A DNA stretch of 32,000 nt. Origin: Candidatus Midichloria mitochondrii IricVA. Lineage in GTDB: Bacteria; Pseudomonadota; Alphaproteobacteria; Rickettsiales; Midichloriaceae. The notes below the pieces were generated by a model, which had not been told where the DNA came from, made no database searches, and saw only the letters and a program-made list of their open reading frames with translations. Below, one piece after another: positions 16,908 through 26,405 of the stretch; position 1 is the first letter of the stretch, and each line of letters begins with the position of its first letter. Location of the stretch: the NCBI RefSeq assembly GCF_000219355.1, contig NC_015722.1:810001-842000 (forward strand), in the 5' to 3' direction. Position numbers and translations under genes: made by a program.

Positions 16908-17246
16908 ATTTTTGCCGCGCGCTGTTGATGGCATCACGGCTGGTGATTATGCAGGCATGTCTGTTGTAGCGTCTGGAGATATGAATGGTGATAGCAAAAG
17001 TGATATCATTATTGGTGCTCCTGGTGCTTGATATACTAGATGGAGATCTGGGTAAAAGCCGTAGCGCAGGTCGCGCATATGTGGTGTTTGGCAGATCTTC
17101 TTTTACTAGCGCCTCAGACATACTTTCAATGGTAAAAATTACATTGTCATGGGGGCCCCCACCCCCCTCTTGGCAGAACCGATGCAGGACAAGTTTACAT
17201 AGTTCACGCAGAAGCATTATATGAATATTGGTATTATGAATATTGA
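16908..17246 (+). pseudogene. Integrin-alpha-type FG-GAP repeat protein fragment (stops and frameshifts)
   Basis: Across frames it reads AVDGITAGDYAGMSVVASGDMNGDSKSDIIIGAPGA*, then ..GDLGKSRSAGRAYVVFGRSSF, then ..IVMGAP..GRTDAGQVYIVH. These are consecutive G.SV..(A/S)GD.NGD..D.IIGAP....G.AYVVFG units. There is no start codon, and the fragment is wedged between the HIT stop and the dprA remnant. Confidence 0.65.
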
Positions 17247-17253
17247 TCTGGTA

Positions 17254-18129
17254 TCATGGAATCCTGACTATATTATTTCCATATATCCTTGAAACCCTGC
17301 CAGCCAGTTCTAATTCTAAAATAATAAAATTAACTAGCATAATTTACGCGTATCGGATCATAGGGTATAAGCTCTAATACTTTTTCTCTGTATTTACTTA
17401 GCTCAGCGTCTGAAGGGGTGTTCGTTCTTAGTTGCAGAGCTTTTCGTAGTGTGAAATTTGGCATCCTTATCTTTGAATGCTAACGGGTTACATTTATTTG
17501 ATTCTAATTCCTCTATAACATCTTCTGCTTTTTCAACTAGAATTGCGCCGTTTTTTATTAATGCATTAGTACCAGAGCAGCATATATCAAACGAAGAACC
17601 GGGTACCGCAAATACTTCTCGAGCTTGTTCTTGCGGGGTAATTTTAAAGTGCCGGAGCTTTTTGCCGCTTCTATGGACAACTACACCTGAAGATAGGCCA
17701 GATATTATTCTATTTCTTTGAGGAAAATGTTGCGGAACAGCTCCGGCTCCAAATTTTTGAGTGCTGCTGCGTCAATTCCGCGTGCTAATCCAAAAATAAT
17801 AGTGTACACCCAGCGCTACTTAAATTAGAAGCCAGCTCTTCAGCTAATGTAAGTAACCCTTCAAATGCACATATAATCGAAGTATTATAACTTTCACATT
17901 GGGAAATCTCTAATTCGATTGCTGCATCGCTTGGGATTTCTAGGTTCTTTTTGCTGCCACCTGCTCTTGCCATAGAATTCAAATTTGAAAGCGCAAGTTC
18001 GCTTGAACCAAAAATATTGATTAATTCAAAAAACGTTTTTGCTGAAACTCCAGGAGTACGAGCCAGTTTTAGCCATGACACAAGCTTTAACTGCTCTTCA
18101 TAAACACTCTCAAAAAACTTTGACATCAC
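17254..18129 (-). pseudogene. dprA: DNA-processing protein DprA/Smf, multiply frameshifted and shortened
   Basis: The N-terminal ORF (18129-17785) contains LKLARTPGVSAKTFFELINIFGSSELAL. Downstream, in other frames, are RNRIISGLSSGVVV, IEAAKSSGTL, EQAREVFAVPGSSFD..SGTNALIKNGAILVEKAEDVIEELE, and the C-terminal LVNFIILELELAGRVSRIYGNNIVRIP* (stop at 17256-17254). The total span is about 290 codons, against the 370 or more that I recall as typical. Confidence 0.75.
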
Positions 18130-18223
18130 TTGTATTTCAAACCTAATTTATTGCAATCAAGAGAAAAAATCACTATCATTGGGATAATTTCACTGAGCCC
18201 AATGTTAAAGAAATTTTAATAAA

Positions 18224-19815
18224 ATGCAAGATTCATTATTTATTCAAGAAGAGTTAAACAAAAATAAATCCTATAAGGTATTGGCACGAAAGTATCGACC
18301 TAAGTCTTTTAACGAGTTGATTGGTCAAGATATTTTAGTTAGGACTTTAACTAATGCTATAAAAATGAATAGGTTCCCTCATGCTATATTATTAACTGGG
18401 ATTAGAGGGACGGGGAAGACTACCACAGCAAGAATTATCACGAAAATAATGAATTGCCAAAGTATTGATCTGCAAAATGAAAGTCTTAGCCCCTGCGAAA
18501 GGTGTGATAGTTGTGTTAGTATTGCGTCTTCTCAACATACAGATATTTTGGAGATGGACGCTGCAAGTCATACTAGTGTTAATGATGTAAGGGTTATAAT
18601 AGAAAATGCCTATTACGCTCCTGTATCATCTCGTTTTAGAGCATATATAATAGATGAAGTACATATGCTTTCAACAAGCGCATTCAATGCTTTATTGAAA
18701 ACTTTAGAGGAGCCGCCGCAGCATTTAATTTTTATATTTGCAACCACTGAAATTCAGAAGATTCCGCTAACAATTCTATCGCGCTGCCAAAGATTTGATT
18801 TACGACGCGTTTCAACAGAAGTTTTAAAAAGCCATTATCTAAATATTCTAAAACAAGAGAATATCAGTATAGAGAATGAAGCAATTGATCTTATAGTAAA
18901 AGCAGCTGATGGATCAGTAAGAGATGGGTTGTCTATTTTAGATCAAGCTATTGCTTTGAGCCATGGGACTATAAAGGGTGAGTTAATAAGGGATATGCTC
19001 TGTATAAATAATAAGGTACAGATAATTGAACTGTTCATGTATTTGATTGCAGGAGATGTAGAAGAGTTATTAAATTTAGTTGCTAACCTTTACAATTCTG
19101 GCGGTGATCCAGTAATGATTGCTAATCAATTATTAGAATTGGTTTATGAAATATCTAAATTTAAAACTCTAGGTGACGCTAATTATATTACAGGCTTTAG
19201 TCAGTCGCAGTTAGAAAAAATACAATTACTACAAATATCTTTTTTAGCACGAAGTTGGCAAATGTTGCTGAAAGGCCTTGAGGAGGTTAAAACCTCTATA
19301 ATGCCTTTGCAAGCTTTAGAAATGGTATTAATTAGATTATGCTACTTAAATGCTTCCATAACGCCTGAAGAAATTTTGAGCAAATTAGAGAACAGTAAGC
19401 TAGATGACGATAAGCCGAGTGAAAGCAAACCAGCTCCAGTTCAGGATACTGGACCTAGCCCGAAAGTTAATGATGTAGACAACCTGTTAACTATCTTATA
19501 CGAAAAGAACGAATTAGATCTTTATTATATGCTACATAATGAAGTTGCTATAGTAGAATTTGAGGAAGGGATGATGAAGATTAATCCACTAAATTATTCG
19601 CCTCATGGTTTGGTGAATATGCTGAAAAAGAAGCTAAAAGAGACTACAAAAATAGAGTGGCATATTGAGTTGGTTAAAGATAAGGCTTTAACGGTAGGGT
19701 TGCAAAATAAACAACAACAAAAGGAAAAAAAGAAGCTATTGCCAGCAATGATATGGTAAAGGAAGTTTTGAATCACTTTACAGGAAGCAAGATAATTGAT
19801 ATTAAAGTTCGTTAA
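18224..19815 (+). CDS. dnaX: DNA polymerase III subunit tau (DnaX); the conserved last 27 codons are reachable only by a -1 shift at 19726-19732
   Basis: AAA+ clamp-loader motifs are present: GIRGTGKTT (Walker A), a Zn module (CQS..C..C..C), IIDEVHML and SRCQRF. The zero frame stops at 19759. The -1 frame over 19732-19815 encodes EAIASNDMVKEVLNHFTGSKIIDIKVR*. Confidence 0.9.
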
Positions 19816-19836
19816 CCGTTAAATCTAAGAGGAGAT

Positions 19837-20142
19837 ATGAAACACATGATGAAACAAGCACAGATGCTTCAAAAAAAAATGAATGATATGCAACAACAAC
19901 TTGAAAATGTAGAGGTTATAGGATCAGCAGGAGGAGGGCTTGTTACTTGTGTGACAACTGCAAAAGTAGTGATCAAAAAGGTTAACATAAATAAAGATTT
20001 AATGAATCCTGAAGAAGTTGAGGTTCTTGAAGATTTAATATGTGCAGCGCTCAGTGATGCTAGAAGAAAAGCAGACGAACTTGTTAATCAAAGTATGAGC
20101 AGTTTAGGGCTGCCTCCGGATATGATGAAAATGATGTCTTAG
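19837..20142 (+). CDS. ybaB: YbaB/EbfC nucleoid-associated protein
   Basis: 101 aa. It has MMKQAQMLQKKM..Q..L, G.AGGGLV and a typical acidic/hydrophobic tail. The RBS AGAGGAG lies upstream, and the gene follows dnaX in the conserved order. Confidence 0.9.
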   Translation: MKHMMKQAQMLQKKMNDMQQQLENVEVIGSAGGGLVTCVTTAKVVIKKVNINKDLMNPEEVEVLEDLICAALSDARRKADELVNQSMSSLGLPPDMMKMMS

Positions 20143-20145
20143 CTA

Positions 20146-21413
20146 ATGCTATATTTACACTTATATAGACTTGTATCTCTTTTGTTATATCCAATTTGGC
20201 TTCTACTGCTTAAAAAGAGAATCAAAAAGGGGAAAGAGGAAGAGGGACGGTACCTAGAGAAATTAGCAGTGGTATCGGTTAAAAAAACCTGAAGGAAATT
20301 TAATGTGGTTTCATGCGGTTAGTGTGGGCGAGATCAGTATTATAACACCCCTTATTAAGCTTTATCATAAGAAATTTCCTACAGAGAATTTTTTTGATTA
20401 CCACCACTACCGTTACTGCAGCAGAGGTTTTCAAAAAAGCTAAGATACCGAATTCGATACATCAGTATTTGCCAATAGATGTACCCTTCATTGTTGAAAA
20501 ATTTTTTAAGCATTGGAAACCTAATTTGTCGATTTTTACTGAGTCAGAAATTTGGCCTAATCTGTTGTTAACGGCAAAGAAGCACAGTCCTGTGTTGTTG
20601 ATTAACGGAAGACTTTCGGATCAATCGTTTTCTAAGTGGAAGAATATAAAATCTTTAATGACTAGTTTGCTCAAAGTTTATGATTTAGTGTTACCTGGTA
20701 CTTCCATAGATTTAAAAAGATTTAGCTTTTTTTATCAAGATAATATTCACTATCTTGGAAATTTGAAAAATGCAGCTCCTCCGATGTCTTATAATTCTTC
20801 TTTACTCAAAAAATTAAAGGAAAATATAGGAAACCGTAAGGTAGTAGTATATGCAAGTACTCATAGAGGCGAAGAAGAGATAATTATAAATGTGCACGAA
20901 CAGTTAAAGCAACATTATAAAGATCTTTTAACTGTTATAGTTCCTAGGCATATAGACAGAACGGCCGAGATACTTAGGATGACCGCTCGTCATAAGCTTA
21001 ATGTTTCGTTGTATACTGACAATAATCATATTATTAATAGTAAAGATGAAGTATATATCGGTAATGTGGTAGGGGAGCTAGGCACCTTTTATCGGTTAGC
21101 GGAAATAGCATTTGTTGGCGGTTCCTTAGTTGAAGGAGGAGGGCATAACATACTAGAGCCGGGTAAACTTGGGCTAGCTGTACTAGTTGGACCGCATACT
21201 TTTAATTTTACTGAAATTGTACAGAGTTTTCTAAAAGAAGGAGCAGTAATCATTGTTTCTAATCAGAAGGAACTTTATGAGAGAATTAAAAGTTTGTTTA
21301 ATGATAATGGATACCTCAAGAAAGTGCAGAAAAACGCTTTGAAGGTCTCAAAAAGTCAAGACGAAGTGATGAATTTATATATCGAAACTATTAATAAATT
21401 TCTTATTTCGTAA
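20146..21413 (+). pseudogene. waaA: 3-deoxy-D-manno-octulosonic acid (Kdo) transferase WaaA/KdtA, split by two +1 frameshifts at homopolymers
   Basis: Frame 1 (20146-20292) gives MLYLHLYRLVSLLLYPIWLLLLKKRIKKGKEEEGRYLEKL.., stopping after an A7 run (20281-20287). Frame 2 gives PEGNLMWFHAVSVGEISIITPLIKLYHKKFPTENF, up to a T7 run (20389-20395). Frame 3 is the tracked ORF at 20394-21413 (LITTTTVTAAEVF..ESEIWPNLL..). The joined sequence is collinear with the E. coli WaaA N-terminus as I recall it (HSVSVGE..TTMTPTG..ETELWPNL). Confidence 0.8.
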
Positions 21414-21426
21414 TTCATGCGGGACA

Positions 21427-22281
21427 TCACGGCAGTCTAGCCAAGTTTTTGATAAGAGAACTTCTTGCTTCATTGTAAACTCTTTTTTCACTGTTTGCTA
21501 TAATTCCTGTGTTACTGCCATATATGAAAGGGTAGTTATAATAACCATGTCCAATCATTTCAGTTTTAAAAACTGGTACAGATTTATTTTCTAGCACTAA
21601 CGCTATTCTATTTAAAGCATCTATTACTTTGTCTCCGCATTGATGAAAAGCCCCAAAAACTACTGCTTTTAAGCTATCTAGTTTTTTTGCTTGGTATAGA
21701 TGTTCAAGCATTCTATCAATTCTGTATGGTGGTTCAGCTACATCTTCTATAATTAAAATTTTATCTGCGGTACCAATTTCCCAATTTGTACCAATGCTAG
21801 TCTGCAAAATAGAAAGATTACCTCCAGTAATTTTTCCAACAATTTCTTTGGAAGTTCTTGCATTATTTTTTCCATCCATTGAGTCAGATATTTGATTATA
21901 GTTTAATCCATGAATTACTGTATTCCAACCAAGCTTTTGGTATAAAAACAAGCTAATAGCGGTAGCATCACTAAATCCAACAAAAATTTTTGTTGGGCGT
22001 TGCTTTAATTCTTCTACTAATTCATCTAATTTGGTAAAGATCCGAGCTGAGCCGTAGCCGCCTCTCAAACACCATATAACCTGAAAAGTAGTATCATTAA
22101 CTGTTTCAACTAAGTTATTCAATCGGTATTCACTGGTGTTTGCACAAAAAAGGGTAGGAGCAAAAATATCTTTAGCTATATAGCTTTTATACCCATGCTT
22201 TCCATAACCTTCAAAGAGCCAGTTAAGCTTTTTTGGTTCTCTAAATAACTGCTGAGAGCAACCACTCTTATAAACATACAC
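21427..22281 (-). CDS. ldcA: LD-carboxypeptidase (peptidase S66, LdcA/MccF family)
   Basis: 284 aa with LRGGYGSARI, the nucleophile context VGFSDATA, IIEDVAEPPYRIDRML and GHG. The GTG start and the first 10 or so residues are uncertain: an upstream ATG (MPMIRV) is in another frame. Confidence 0.8.
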   Translation of the reverse strand: MYVYKSGCSQQLFREPKKLNWLFEGYGKHGYKSYIAKDIFAPTLFCANTSEYRLNNLVETVNDTTFQVIWCLRGGYGSARIFTKLDELVEELKQRPTKIFVGFSDATAISLFLYQKLGWNTVIHGLNYNQISDSMDGKNNARTSKEIVGKITGGNLSILQTSIGTNWEIGTADKILIIEDVAEPPYRIDRMLEHLYQAKKLDSLKAVVFGAFHQCGDKVIDALNRIALVLENKSVPVFKTEMIGHGYYNYPFIYGSNTGIIANSEKRVYNEARSSLIKNLARLP

Positions 22282-22415
22282 ATACTCTTATCATGGGCAT
22301 TTAAAATTGCATTAAAATTAAATTTTTAATTAAGGTTTTAAAAGAGGTGCATTGCGGCTAGCGCCTCAAAAAACATGATAATATATATTATGGAAAACAT
22401 ATACATACATTTAAT

Positions 22416-23168
22416 TTAAATTTTGACTTTATAGCCCAGGTGTATCGCTACAATCCCAGACGTTAAACGAGAGAACTTAACAAATTCGAAGCCAGCTTTT
22501 TCAATCATATCAGCGAACTTTTGTGCTTTGGGAAAGATCTTTATACTTTCTGAGAGATATAAATAATGGCCCTCGCTTTTTGCAACTAATTTACCTATTT
22601 TAGGAATTATATTAAAGGAATAAAATTCATAAAATCTGCGTAAAAGCTCATTATCTACTTGAGAGAACTCTAAACATAAGAACCTTCCCCCGGGCTTTAG
22701 AACCCTCCTCACCTCCTCTAGAGCTTTTGGTATATTGGTAAAATTTCGAATTCCAAACGAAATTGTACAGCAATCAAATGTGTGGTCCTGAAAAGGCAGA
22801 TCTTCGGCATTCGCATAAATGGTTTCTAATGGTAAATCATACAACCCTTTATTGAAGCGTTTCTTGTTGCCATATTCCAGCATTTCCTGGTTTAGGTCGC
22901 ATATTATAGCTTTTTTGCCACCCTTTTGAACAAATTTAAGAGCAATGTCCCCCGTACCTCCTGCAAGATCTAATAATATTTCTTCTCTTCCTGGTCGGAG
23001 TTCTGATATAAGTTTTTCTTTCCAAATTCGATGCAACCCGAAGCTCATCAAATCATTCATCAAATCATATTTCTTTGCAACATCACTGAATACTTTTTGC
23101 ACTTTTTCTTGCTTTTGGCTTTCCTTAACGATTTGAAAGCCAAAATTCACTTCTTTTTCTTCTGCCAT
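22416..23168 (-). CDS. ubiE: demethylmenaquinone/ubiquinone C-methyltransferase
   Basis: 250 aa with YDLMNDLMSFGLHRIWK and the SAM motif LDLAGGTGDIA. Confidence 0.93.
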   Translation of the reverse strand: MAEEKEVNFGFQIVKESQKQEKVQKVFSDVAKKYDLMNDLMSFGLHRIWKEKLISELRPGREEILLDLAGGTGDIALKFVQKGGKKAIICDLNQEMLEYGNKKRFNKGLYDLPLETIYANAEDLPFQDHTFDCCTISFGIRNFTNIPKALEEVRRVLKPGGRFLCLEFSQVDNELLRRFYEFYSFNIIPKIGKLVAKSEGHYLYLSESIKIFPKAQKFADMIEKAGFEFVKFSRLTSGIVAIHLGYKVKI

Positions 23169-23197
23169 AGATTTAATTTGGAAAAGATTTAATTTAT

Positions 23198-24181
23198 TTA
23201 ATTTTTTTCTATATTTATTAGATAATCCATGCCCATTGCAACTAAAATATCTTTATAAGGAGAGAAGTACGCCCGTAAAGGATTATATTTTTTGATTTTC
23301 TCTGTATCTATTTCGATTTTTAGCTTACAGTTAGCATAATCTTCTTTTGCTTTTAATAGCTCATTTATAATCACTTGACTATTGCTAGTCCAACAGCCTT
23401 TCAGCGCGCTATTTATATATTCATCAGGTGCATACCTTCTTTGAAAAGATTCTACAATCGATTTCATTCCTTCATCAAAAATACCATCTGCCTTTAAGTA
23501 CCTATAGCCCCACATTAATAAATCATTTTGAACCGCTCTTACAGTTTCATTATTATCTTCTTCTTTACACAGTATTTCGTCTGTGCCTCTTTTTAAAGGA
23601 AAATAACCCAAGCCATAGTCGGCTAAAAGCTTCCAGTTAAAGTGATGACTTGGATCTGATTTTCTATTTGGAGCGATTTCTGCATGTCCCAAAAGATTAA
23701 ATGGGCTAATATCATAGGCCTTTTTTAAACCATGCAGTAAAACTATAAGAGAGGCCATCTGTGCATTAGAAAAAGCTTCAGTAAAACCATTATTATTAAT
23801 TTCTATGCCAATAGAAAGATCGTTAAGATTAATGTCGTCCGCCCACTCGCTACTTCCAGCATGCCAAGCTTTTTTACCATCACCCACTAAATTTATTATT
23901 CCCGCTATATATTTATATTTCACGGACTCCTCAGCTCTTAAAATTAAGTAATGAGAACTAACCCCGTCTGGGCGGTCTGAGTTTGTTAATAAGTATAGTG
24001 AATGGAAATTGCAATCTTGCTCCTGTGTTGTTTCTGTGTGGTGTAAAATGATATATTTTTTTAATTCGCTTGCGGATTTTTCACTAAAGTTTAGCGAAGG
24101 TACATGAAACATTTGCCAGTCAAGGTCTAAATTTTTGGCAAAATCGGGTACTATTCTCTTTAAAAAGTCGAATGTGTGCAT
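23198..24181 (-). CDS. N-acetylmuramoyl-L-alanine amidase (amidase_2/AmpD-AmiD type) with C-terminal peptidoglycan-binding domain
   Basis: 327 aa. Amidase_2 landmarks are ILHHTE, HYLI, AWHAG.S.W, NDLSIGIEI and LLGHAEIAPNRKSDP. These are followed by VRAVQNDLLMWGY..ADGIFDEGMKSIVESFQRRY, which is PG_binding_1-like. Confidence 0.8.
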   Translation of the reverse strand: MHTFDFLKRIVPDFAKNLDLDWQMFHVPSLNFSEKSASELKKYIILHHTETTQEQDCNFHSLYLLTNSDRPDGVSSHYLILRAEESVKYKYIAGIINLVGDGKKAWHAGSSEWADDINLNDLSIGIEINNNGFTEAFSNAQMASLIVLLHGLKKAYDISPFNLLGHAEIAPNRKSDPSHHFNWKLLADYGLGYFPLKRGTDEILCKEEDNNETVRAVQNDLLMWGYRYLKADGIFDEGMKSIVESFQRRYAPDEYINSALKGCWTSNSQVIINELLKAKEDYANCKLKIEIDTEKIKKYNPLRAYFSPYKDILVAMGMDYLINIEKN

Positions 24182-24281
24182 AAAAATATTTCTGTAGTAG
24201 CTGCTAGATCATAGCAAAAATTATTTTGATAGGAAAAATTTTCTTGCCCATTTCATTCTATTTTAATAGAATGCGGAGGTA

Positions 24282-24689
24282 ATGTTTAATATATTGGGTA
24301 ATAAGTTTATGCTAAATTTGTTCGTTGTTGAAGCTTTTGCTGCAGAGGCCGCGTCATTATCAAGTGGTTCTCTCTTAAGCAATTTAATGCCAATTGCTTT
24401 AATAATGATTGTTTTTTATTTTTTATTACTACGCCCTCAACAGAAAAAAATGAGGGAACATCAAAATATGATAAAGGCCTTAGAAAAAGGCAGCACCATG
24501 GTTTTTGGTGGTGGAATAATTGGGACAATCGTAAAAAGTGATGAAGAGCATATATTAAGCGTTGAGATTGCTCCAGATGTTAAAATAAGGATCCGTCGAG
24601 AGTCCGTTACTGAACTGATTAAAGATGAAGTGGCGAAGAAACTTGTTGCTTCAGAAGAGAAACTAGTAGGGAAAAAAGCAAAAAAATAG
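24282..24689 (+). CDS. yajC: preprotein translocase subunit YajC
   Basis: A single TM helix is followed by [40 protein letters not shown]. The start could instead be the ATG at 24309. Confidence 0.88.
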   Translation: MFNILGNKFMLNLFVVEAFAAEAASLSSGSLLSNLMPIALIMIVFYFLLLRPQQKKMREHQNMIKALEKGSTMVFGGGIIGTIVKSDEEHILSVEIAPDVKIRIRRESVTELIKDEVAKKLVASEEKLVGKKAKK

Positions 24690-24691
24690 GT

Positions 24692-25024
24692 ATGGCAAGA
24701 GTTAATTTTATAAACAAGGATGGTTCCATTTCAACGGTGGAAGCCCCTGTAGGGCTTTCTGTATTAGAAATTGCTCACAAACATAAGGTAGACTTAGAAG
24801 GAGCATGTGAAGGGTCTCTAGCTTGTTCTACTTGTCACGTAATAATTGACGAAAAAGATATAAAAAAGCTTGACCCAGCGAAAGAAGAGGAGGAAGATAT
24901 GTTAGACTTTGCCTTTGGGTTAACAAAAACTTCTAGGTTAGGTTGTCAGATTATAATGACCGAAAAGCTGGATGGAATAACTGTTAGATTGCCAGCGGCA
25001 ACGAAGAATATAATGCTTGGTTAG
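24692..25024 (+). CDS. fdx: 2Fe-2S ferredoxin, adrenodoxin type
   Basis: 110 aa with [12 protein letters not shown] and a distal Cys in SRLGCQI. Confidence 0.9.
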   Translation: MARVNFINKDGSISTVEAPVGLSVLEIAHKHKVDLEGACEGSLACSTCHVIIDEKDIKKLDPAKEEEEDMLDFAFGLTKTSRLGCQIIMTEKLDGITVRLPAATKNIMLG

Positions 25025-25037
25025 AGGAGGAGTTTAT

Positions 25038-25406
25038 ATGAGTGGCCTGCCATACCAATACATGCCGATATTAATATTTCTGGTTATCGCTTTCGCCCTT
25101 GCCTTTGCTCTATTGATAGTTCCATTTTTTGCAGCTTCGATAAGGGATGATAAGGAAAAGTTATCTCAGTATGAGTGCGGATTTGAGACTTTTGACCCTA
25201 ACAAACAGTCACGGTTTGATGTGAGGTTTTATTTGGTCTCAATTCTTTTTATTATATTTGATTTAGAAATCGCATTTTTGTTTCCGTGGGCCTTAGTAAT
25301 GCAACAAATTGGGATCGTGGGTTTTGTTTCTATGATGGTCTTTCTGTTTATTTTAACCATAGGTTTTATTTATGAATGGAAAAAAGGGGCTCTTGATTGG
25401 GAGTAG
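25038..25406 (+). CDS. nuoA: NADH-quinone oxidoreductase subunit A
   Basis: The ATG at 25038 is preceded by AGAGGAGGAG; the tracked start at 25017 is a TTG inside the fdx stop region. Three TM segments, plus YECGF..F.....[18 protein letters not shown] and [10 protein letters not shown]. Confidence 0.92.
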   Translation: MSGLPYQYMPILIFLVIAFALAFALLIVPFFAASIRDDKEKLSQYECGFETFDPNKQSRFDVRFYLVSILFIIFDLEIAFLFPWALVMQQIGIVGFVSMMVFLFILTIGFIYEWKKGALDWE

Positions 25407-25412
25407 GTTTTT

Positions 25413-25946
25413 ATGTTAAATCCAACGAAATTTTTTATTCAAAAACAACAAGATACGATGCTGAACCAAGCGGTTGAAGAAATTCAGGATCGGGGGTTTA
25501 TTATTGCTCAAATAGATAAGGTCGCTAACTGGGCGAGGAGTTCGTCTTTATGGCCCATGACCTTTGGGCTTGCATGTTGCGCCGTTGAAATGATGCAAAC
25601 AGCAGCAAGCAGGTATGACATGGATAAATACGGTATGCTTTTCAGACCAACTCCTCGGCAATCTGATGTTATGATTGTTGCTGGAACGCTAACTAACAAA
25701 ATGGCCTCTGCGCTCCGTAAAGTTTATGATCAAATGCCTGAACCCCGTTGGGTTGTTTCAATGGGCAGTTGCGCTAACGGTGGAGGTTATTATCATTATT
25801 CCTATTCAGTGGTTCGAGGGTGTGACAGGATAGTTCCAGTGGATGTATATGTTCCAGGTTGTCCACCAACTGCTGAGGCACTCTTATATGGGTTATTTGT
25901 GTTGCAACGCAAAATTAAAAGAGCTGGTTCTATAATCCAGCGGTAA
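25413..25946 (+). CDS. nuoB: NADH-quinone oxidoreductase subunit B
   Basis: 177 aa with the N2 cluster ligands [17 protein letters not shown] and PGCPP. Confidence 0.95.
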   Translation: MLNPTKFFIQKQQDTMLNQAVEEIQDRGFIIAQIDKVANWARSSSLWPMTFGLACCAVEMMQTAASRYDMDKYGMLFRPTPRQSDVMIVAGTLTNKMASALRKVYDQMPEPRWVVSMGSCANGGGYYHYSYSVVRGCDRIVPVDVYVPGCPPTAEALLYGLFVLQRKIKRAGSIIQR

Positions 25947-26205
25947 TATAATTCATCTCGTTTCCTTTGTCTCTGCGAAGTTTCTTAGAGATCCTCTTTG
26001 GTGCGTGAGTTATTGCTTGCAAAAATCATCAATCAAACAAGATATTTCTACTAGGGGAACCACTTTTCTTATTTATCGTGAAATTGAGAAGAACTTAACG
26101 GTTACACAGCTTCTTTAAAACCATATCAGACAAGCTGCAACGGTGCCCACGGCAACGGAAATTATTTCTTGAGATGTAGACTTTTCTTGAAACCCTAGTG
26201 AAATC

Positions 26206-26282
<77 letters not shown>

Positions 26283-26405
26283 TCAATTAGGTGAGGAACT
26301 TATATCACTGAAAGGGCCTTCTATCAAGAAGTATTATTTGAATATTTATTATTAATTTTTATAAGATTTGTTTTCCTTCTCTGCAACGTAAGGTTATTAA
26401 AGGTA

